The notes beneath the pieces are model-generated. The model ran no database searches. It was given only the letters and a program-made list of their open reading frames with translations, and was not told the DNA's origin. Shown one piece after another: positions 55,801-64,000 of a DNA stretch of 64,000 bases. Positions within the stretch are counted from its first letter, which is position 1. Every line of letters starts with the position of its first letter. Position numbers and translations under genes: made by a program. Source of the stretch: Petromyzon marinus (Eukaryota); NCBI RefSeq assembly GCF_048934315.1, contig NC_133715.1, positions 10,881,698 to 10,945,697 of the forward strand, in the 5' to 3' direction.

Positions 55801-57497
55801 CACACAATACACACACAATAGACACAATACATACACACAATACGCAATACACACACTTAATACACACACACAATACACACACAACACACACAATATAACA
55901 CACAATACACACACAATATACACACTTAGTAGACAGCGATAGACAACATACACACACAATACATACACACAACATACACACACACACTTAGTAGACACAG
56001 AGATAGACAACATACACACACAATACACACACACAACACACACTTAGTAGACACAGAGAGAGACAACATACACACACAACACACACACACTTAGTAGACA
56101 CAGAGAGAGAGACAACATACACACACACAATACACACACTTAGTAGACACAGAGAGAGACAATACACACACACAATACACACACACACACTTAGTAGACA
56201 CAGAGAGAGACAACATACACACACAATACACACACACACACACACTTAGTAGACACAGAGAGAGACAACATACACACACAATACACACACACACACACTT
56301 AGTAGACACAGAGAGAGACAACATACACACACAATACGCACACACAACACACACACACTTAGTAGACACAGAGAGAGACAACATACACACACAATACACA
56401 CACACTTAGTAGAAACAGAGAGAGACAACATACACACACAATACACACACACACAATACACACACACACACTTAGTAGACACAGAGAGAGACAACATACA
56501 CACACAATACACACACAACACACACACAACACACACACTTAGTAGACACAGAGAGAGACAACATACACACACAATACATACACACACTTAGTAGACACAG
56601 AGAGAGACAACATACACACACACACACAATACACACACACACTTAGTAGACACAGAGAGACAACATAGACACACAATACACACACACAATACACACACAC
56701 ACTTAGTAGACACAGAGAGAGACAACATACACACACAATACACACACACAATACACACACTTAGTAGACAGAGAGAGACAACATACACACACACACACAC
56801 TTAGTAGACACAGAGAGAGACACAACACACACAATACATACACACAATACACACACACAATAGACACACACACAACACACACACACACTTAGTAGACAGA
56901 GAGAGACAACACACACACACAATACACACACAAACACACTTAGTAGACACAGAGAGAGACAACATATACACACACAACACACACACACAATACACACACA
57001 CTTAGTAGACACAGAGAGAGACAACATACACACACAATACACACAATACACACACACAATACACACACACACAATACACACACACACAATACACACACAC
57101 ACTTAGTAGACACAGAGAGACAACACACACACACAATACACACACACACAATACACACACACAACACACACACACTTCGTAGGCAGAGAGACAACACACA
57201 CACACAATACACACATACAACATACACACACTTAGCAGACACAGAGAGACAACATACACACACAACATACACACACCTAGTAGACAGAGAGACAACAAAC
57301 AATACACACTTAGTAGACACAGAGAGAGACAACATACACACACAACATACACACACCTAGTAGACAGAGAGACAACACACAATACACACTTAGTAGACAC
57401 AGAGAGAGACAACATACACACACAACATACACACACACCTAGTAGACAGAGAGACAACACACAATACACACTTAGTAGACACAGAGAGAGAGACAAC
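49868..57497. repeat. Composite 7.6-kb CA-rich satellite block with three sub-domains (see findings)
   Basis: From 49868 to about 54250 the units are 9-12 bp, ACACACAATAA and ACACACACTAA. From about 54250 to 55900 the array is degenerate with embedded longer repeats containing AATATACACG. From about 55900 to 57497 there is a 42-50-bp unit, CACACTTAGTAGACACAGAGAGAGACAACATACACACACAATACA, in about 32 copies. The array ends abruptly at 57497. Confidence 0.9.
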
Positions 57498-57723
57498 AAT
57501 GCCATGTTCTCTGTTATTTTGGAGCTACGCAAGCCTCTCCCTCAGCGTGCTTGGCAAAGCGATGTTGAATAATCCTTTGTCAGGACCGTGCACGCAAACA
57601 TACGAGACAAATAGACACACACACAACACACACACACGCTCCTACACACAGACACACAGCGTGGTGGTGACGTCACCACGGTGGACCTTGAGGCCACGTG
57701 GAGTGTCAAGGCTCACTGACAGG

Positions 57724-58180
57724 TCAGGTGGTCACGGGACAGACCGAGGTGTCATTGGGTTCACTGGCTGAGATAACTGGCAGATGCACCATCTGTGCTC
57801 CCCACTGTCCCAGCTCTCTGCATTTTACGCACCCGGCTCTCCGCTCGCTGTTGTGAGCTTTATTGCTGGAGGGCCCGGAAGCGTCCTTCATGAACCTCCT
57901 CCACCGAGGCCGGTCTTGACATCGCTGGTACCAGTCTTTGGCAAGTCCACTTAGCTTTATATCCTCCTGTGCAAGCTTGTGGGTTGCACAGAAGCCTCTT
58001 ACCATTGGTATTGAGCTGATCTGTCCCATACCTTCCAATCACTTCAGCCCAGGTGTTTGCGTCATGACCAAATCGGGCATTAAAGTCAACCAACAGGATG
58101 ACTCTATCCCAAGGGGCCACTTTAGCCAGCACCTGGCACAGGTCGTAGAAGGCATCTATCTGACTCATTAGTGTTGCCCG
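57724..58180 (-). mobile_element. Decayed non-LTR (L2/CR1-like) retrotransposon fragment covering the APE endonuclease domain
   Basis: On the minus strand the sequence reads SQIDAFYDLCQVLAKVAPWDRVILLVDFNARFGHDANTWAEVIGRYGTDQLNTNGKRLL, then after a frameshift GFCATHKLAQ.... This matches the L2 endonuclease consensus (FYEEL...D.LIVLGDFNAKVG...W..V.G.HG.G..N.NG.RLLEFCA.N.L). The fragment is truncated on both sides by repeats. Confidence 0.5.
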
Positions 58181-58464
58181 CATCCCGCCACTGATGTTCA
58201 TCTTCGGTGGGGGTGTATAACACCACCACCACCACTGTTCAACAACACCACTACCATTCAACACCACCACCATTTAGCACCACCATTCAACACCACCATT
58301 ATTCAACATCACCACCACCACCATGCTTCGCCTCGCGTTCATGGTGATACGAGCCCACAGTAACCTGGGACTGCCCCGAGTGGAGGTCTGTCCAACCCTT
58401 ATAGTGAACCACTGGACCTCCTGGACCTCTTGACGGTGCAGCTCCCGCTAAAGAGAGGCAAAGA

Positions 58465-58733
58465 CTCCCTGTATAGCCTTAGCAGGCTGTTGGGGCAAGT
58501 GCTGTTAGCGAGTAACACCTGTGAAGGCCGGCACGGCACACGAGGAATGGGGGGGGGGGGGTGGCCATCGCCACGCCCGGCCGCCTAGTAGCAATGTTTA
58601 CACACCGCACCAGGTAATCATTTTTAGACTGAGTCTACCTAGGGGAGCGAGGTCCAGGACCGGTATTGGTCGTGAGCAGGAAACGAACTCGGGTCGCCGG
58701 GTTTGTCGTGCAGCGAGCTAACTACTATACTGC
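58465..58733 (-). mobile_element. tRNA-derived SINE, family A (minus strand)
   Basis: Reads cctgtatagccttagcaggctgttggggcaagtgctgttagcgag...ggtcgtgagcaggaaacgaactcgggtcgccgggtt..., the reverse complement of the family-A consensus. It contains an internal G13 run. Confidence 0.65.
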
Positions 58734-61702
58734 CGCTCCATCCCGACATACGAACTAAACTGTGTGTATTTAATGTATAGCAGCCAAATACTCGCAATGC
58801 ACGTTGATTCTAAATGCGGAGGGGAAAGCCGGAGGACCCGGAGGAAAAAAATCCACGCGACCACAGAGAGAGAGACACGCAAACTCCAAATACACAGGTG
58901 TCAGGGTCGGGATCGAACTCACGACCTCCTGTAAACGAGGCGAGGCAGTTAACATCTCTCCACCGCGGTGCCCCTTGTAGACAGAGCCTGGCCGATTGCT
59001 AGCGAATGTTCTGGCCGCCTTCCTGATTGCCTCTGGTTTCCCGTGCCACCTCTGAATATCAGGAAATCCCCAAGTGTTACACATGTGTAACCTTTAACTC
59101 GTACTTTCATTATCAAGCACACATTTTGGACCTTTAAAACCCACGCCGTCAGAGTGTGGTGAACCCCAATGTGTATCTTAGACTTGGGATGAAGTGTGCA
59201 GGTGATTATAAACAATGCAATCTTCACTCACCCAACAATACACATGATATGACTGTGCTCACCACACCCCTAACCCTGTATCTGCCTTCATCAGCTGTGT
59301 CAATGCAGCCCTGCAACTGCTCGCTCTCGCCACTGCTGGTGGAAGGGCCTCCAGCATTGGCCTACTCTTCCACTCTGGCCAGATACTGGGCATCTGTGAA
59401 TAAGAGCGTCATAGCTAATCGGATTTCTTCAGGATATAAAAAAAAAACATTCAGATTTGGTGTCGGAAAAGGTGGGAGTACCCACACTTTACCCCCACCA
59501 TATGCGACCTGCCGATGTACTAACTGTGGTCTACCCACTTTAAACTACCCGGTGGGCATAGGCATAGGGAATTAATTCATTGTGCGCCGTCGTTTCAACT
59601 GCCGTTCCAGGAGATCGAATCGAACCGGCGGCTTCTGAAGTCCAGTGCTCTGCGAACCATTACACCGCACCCAAGCGTGCATCTCCAAGGAGGTGTTTGT
59701 ACCAATTGCATTTCCATGCCCTTTGTAAATAAACTCAAAGCACTGGGAGAAATAAAAAGTGTCGAATAGGTGAGTGGCTTTTGCAAGCTCGGAGTGGCAG
59801 CATGCAAGAGTTGATGGCATTAGCCGTATACAGCGCATTCCAGAGCTTATAAAGTATTTACAGAAACACGAAATAACACGGATTTTTTTTAATGCACAAA
59901 TGGCACTTGTAAAAGATTGTTGAGAATCAGTGAGGCATTCCTGGGTAATTACATAGAATAATGAAAAAAAGCAATACTCATCGTAATACGTGCTCCAGTA
60001 ATGATTGACAGCCCTTTAACAATCAGCTGCTGAAGGCCTATCTTGTGTGACCAACGTTCACCACGCCGGTCAGGGCGGTGTTCGTTAGCACGAGGCGGTC
60101 GGGGGGTGTCGGGACAATTATCATTCACCACTGATGTTAGCCGTGCTTGGGAATCCAACTCGGACAAGGGGGCTCAACGCAGTGTGCGAAGGGCTTTGCC
60201 ACCGCTCTACCCGCCACGAATGAAGCATCCACTATCACCGTACACACACTCTGCAACGACGCTGCGTGCTTACAGCTGTTCACGTAAAACTTGACTGCTG
60301 TTTGTGTTTAGTTTCCCCCCCCCGCACCTCCGATGAGCACTTTTGGCTATGTACGGTGCGAAAGAAGTTCAACATATATACTAATGTGATCATATCGGCG
60401 AAAGACGTGCTCGCGATCTGTATTGCCAAAGCAAGCTTGAACTGATTTTGATGCGGCTGTCATTCGAACTGACTCAAGCTAGGACGATGAGTCGACTAAA
60501 AATGATAATCAACCACTTTGATGTCCATGGTCGATTAGTCAGGCCCCGTAAAAAAATTGTCAGTCGCTTCGGCATCCTTCCTCCCTGAAGGTGGGAAACC
60601 TCTCAATCCACACCCAGCGCGTCGCAACTTATGATGCCGATGGCATCACGAAGCCCCCGCCCATCACCTCCTGTCCAGCGGCACACGTGGGGGAACAGAG
60701 GTCGAGGCTTTAACTGTTTTCGTGTTCACCCGATTAGTCGAGTTTCCGAGCCAATCATCGGTAGAATAATTGATTACTTGAATCGCCGGAGGGCCCGGCA
60801 ATAGTACTGACAATTTCAAAGCCAGCCGATGAAGTCTCCATGAAAATCGTGTCCTACGTGCAGTGGTCATAACGGTCAAAATGTTAACAACAAACAAAGC
60901 CGTTAAGTAAAGACTCAACTACCAACTCAGGTAAAATAAACAATTGTATTCGAATTCGGTCAACAACCCAATTGTTTCTAGTGTCGCAATGCGGCGTGAA
61001 TAGGCGACAGCTGTTTTTCAAGCAAGGCTCGGGCGAGTGCTTGGGGCGACGGGGTGGATGAGAGTCCGCTGGTGTTTTTGCACACATCAGCTGCATTTTA
61101 TCATTTTAAACTTTAAACTCCACCGGGTGATATTGTTTTTGCAGACACAAGCATTCCACCCGCATGTTGTCAAGTTGTACAGAAAGTGGTGCGCTTGCCA
61201 CTAGCATTTGATGCAATTCGTAACGTCAATTCATGATGAACATGACGAATTGACTGGTAACGGTATATTTGGCAACAGTGCCGAATAAAACCAGAAATCC
61301 GTAATCGTCAGAAAAATGTAACCCATTTAAAGCGTTGAAAACCATAGCAGCGTACTTTTGTGTAAACCATCGATGTGCATACAAGCCGGGGGGATGTGAG
61401 AATGGCCGGGCTTTGGGGATTGCATCAGCAAGGATTTGAAGATTTGAAGCAACACGGCACATGTAGGAGCATTTTTATTCGGCCCTGTTAGTCAGTTATG
61501 ACTCAACTATTACGACTCGAACTAATTGCATCAACAATAATAACAGTAACTGGATGATGTTTTTTGTTGACAATTAATCAAATGTCGCTGAGTTGTGCAC
61601 GCTTACTTGGGTTATAAAGACACCACTAAGACTGCTCACTCTCAGTGGAGACCATTCAAGATATGAGCTGTGTGGTGGCGGCTACCCACGTCGCCTATAA
61701 TC

Positions 61703-62075
61703 ATATGAATCACACCGATGTTGAATCACACCGATGTTGAATCACACAGATGTTGAATCACACCGATGTTAAATCACACCGATGTTGAACCACACCGATG
61801 TTGAATCACACCGATGTTGAATCACACCGATGTTGAATCACACCGATGTTGTATCACACCGATGTTGAATCACACCGATGTTGAATCACACCGATGTTGA
61901 ATCACACCGATGTTGAATCACACCGATGTTGTATCACACCGATGTTGAATCACACCGATGTTGAACCACACCGATGTTGAACCACACCGATGTTGAATCA
62001 CACCGATGTTGAATCACACCGATGTTGAATCACACCGATGTTGAATCACACCGATGTTGACTCACACCAATGTGT
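61703..62075. repeat. 16-bp minisatellite (ATGTTGAATCACACCG)n, about 23 copies
   Basis: The tandem is visible in sequence. Confidence 0.9.
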
Positions 62076-64000
62076 GGGATACGTTCCGGGGATGCTCGTG
62101 AATAGCACATTTTGTGTATAATTTTACAGTATTGGCCTTAAAATTATATTTCAATGAGATATCAAATACGTGAAAATTATGTCATCACTTTCTCTCTCTA
62201 TCTCGATGCAGTTGTGCAGAGTTCCAGATGCGATTCGTAGATATCAAGTTCGTAAATAACGAGTGAATACTGTGCAGCAAAAATGCGGACTTCAACCTGT
62301 TCCATCATTATGGTATAGAATGTTGCCCCCTCGGAAGAAACAGGTTTTCTCCGGATGCTCCAGTTTACTACCACGTGTATAAAACACCCATGAATTGGTT
62401 CCAACCACATGTTTATTGAAATTATAGACGTGGCCATATGCCCAAAGTGTCCGCCAACCCTTTCCCAAAACCCGTGATGGACTTTCTATTCAAGGGACGG
62501 TGGTGTACTCAGGGCCGTCTCAATATGAGACCTTAGAATCCGTCGAAACAACATTTAGCAATGATCTCATGGTCGAGGAGGAAGACTCAGGAACACTTTC
62601 GGTGGCGCTCCGAGCAGGACTGCCCAGGCGAGCTTGCCTTGAAGCCACCGCGTAATTACCACTTGTCTTCTTAAACCAATTTTAAACATGGCACCACGTT
62701 AAGTCGTGAAATCAGTTGATTGATCGACTATAAATTGCAATCGACTCCATACCTCTTGCCTCCCGAAGACGGGAAACCCCCCTACATGCCACGCCCTGCG
62801 TGACGCGGCAGATGTTTGACGTCAAATATGACGTGTCCCGCCCATCACCTCTCGTCCAGCGGCACACGTGTGAATAGAGGTGAGGGTTACATAAAATAAG
62901 CTCATGTTATCCGATTAGTTGAGTAATAAAATCGAGAATCTTTAGTTAATTGGTTAGCCCAGCTCCAAATAAACCCGAACACTTTCTCTAGATGATGAGA
63001 AACTTCATCAGACGGAGGAAGGAGTGTGTTCAGGATGGCCACGGATGAGACTAGTAATACTCATGCACCCACATAGAAGGTGATTTCTAGGCAGGCTGGA
63101 AAGATCGATTGTTTAATTTGGTTGTTTTTTTCCCCCTCTAGAGCATTTAACAGCTTGACGCGTGGGTATTCACAAGTACAATGTCAAGTGAAGAAGTGCG
63201 TCTTGGCGCTGTGACCAGTGGCACGGAGGAAACGCGACAGCGACACGCCACGGTGCACAAACAGGCAGCTGGCGCAGGGTGACTCGGAGCACAACCACGA
63301 GCGCTCTGTGCGCCTTGCGCCGCACAACAAAAACACAGGGATACGAGGTGCTCAAGATGAGTCAAATGGACACTTGAAAAGCGTGCGAGAGAAGCACGCT
63401 GAGAGGCAAGGTTGGGAAATAACACGATGAACGTGTTAAAAGAGAGACAGATGATTGTAAAGTTCGTGACTCCACATCCCTCGAGAGTTGGGAAGTACTG
63501 AAGAGGGTTTGTCTGTTACCCACAGTAGCAACTGTTAGGTAACCATTCATATATCAATAAAACAAAACACATTTTAAAAAGTGTATTCTCATCATGCGCC
63601 ATGGTGTAAACAAGTAGAGTCTCTGACTGATTATCCACTCTGTCTCGACTGGCCTCTCTGTGTATGTGCTATGACGAAAAGCCATTGCTCAATATCTCCC
63701 CCGATTATATTTCCTTTCAACCTCGAGCGTTATTGACAAATGTATTGAGCTTATTGATGAAAAGTGGGCCGCTGATTGTTTGATCACAGATAAAGGAACA
63801 CAAATCCAACGCATCGCATTGACGTTGCAAAAATATATGAGGTTGGGCTTGTTCAGGAAACATCACGTCCAGAAGGGACGACGATTAATGGACACGATTG
63901 GTGACGACGTTGTGACAGCCAATGGAGAGCTGCGTCCAAAGAGGGCGACCGCTTGGGAGATGGAGCGAGGAGACAAACTCGTAGGCGAGATGGGTCGTGG

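Overview
This window is eukaryotic, vertebrate-like, repeat-rich DNA. It is not prokaryotic, so the supplied six-frame ORFs are mostly artefacts of stop-free tandem repeats. I found no bacterial-style defence system or operon. Two intact connexin (gap-junction) genes lie about 26 kb apart on the + strand. The first is a beta-type connexin (Cx26/Cx32-like) encoded in a single coding exon at 11009-12028. The second is an alpha-type gja3 (Cx46)-like connexin whose CDS is split by a roughly 2-kb phase-0 GT-AG intron, with exon 1 at 37610-37678 and exon 2 at 39680-40981. It carries a CAG-encoded poly-Q run in its C-tail. Both coding sequences are almost saturated for G/C at codon third positions, unlike the surrounding DNA. 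A beta-connexin gene lying upstream of gja3 in the same orientation matches the known GJB6/GJB2-GJA3 arrangement in other vertebrates. Roughly a quarter of the window is tandem repeat. There are at least 12 minisatellite arrays with 15-40-bp units and 0.4-1.7 kb each. There is a 2.1-kb (CACAGAGACACACGAACA)n satellite and a composite 7.6-kb CA-rich satellite block at 49.9-57.5 kb. The rest is interspersed repeats. These include several tRNA-derived SINE families, a conserved roughly 55-bp retroposon module in 9 copies all in + orientation, palindromic MITEs, and a perfect 30-bp hairpin. There is also a 5'-truncated, frameshifted Penelope-like element fragment (RT C-terminus plus GIY-YIG) and a decayed LINE AP-endonuclease fragment. 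I found no rRNA, no genuine tRNA gene, and no CRISPR array.
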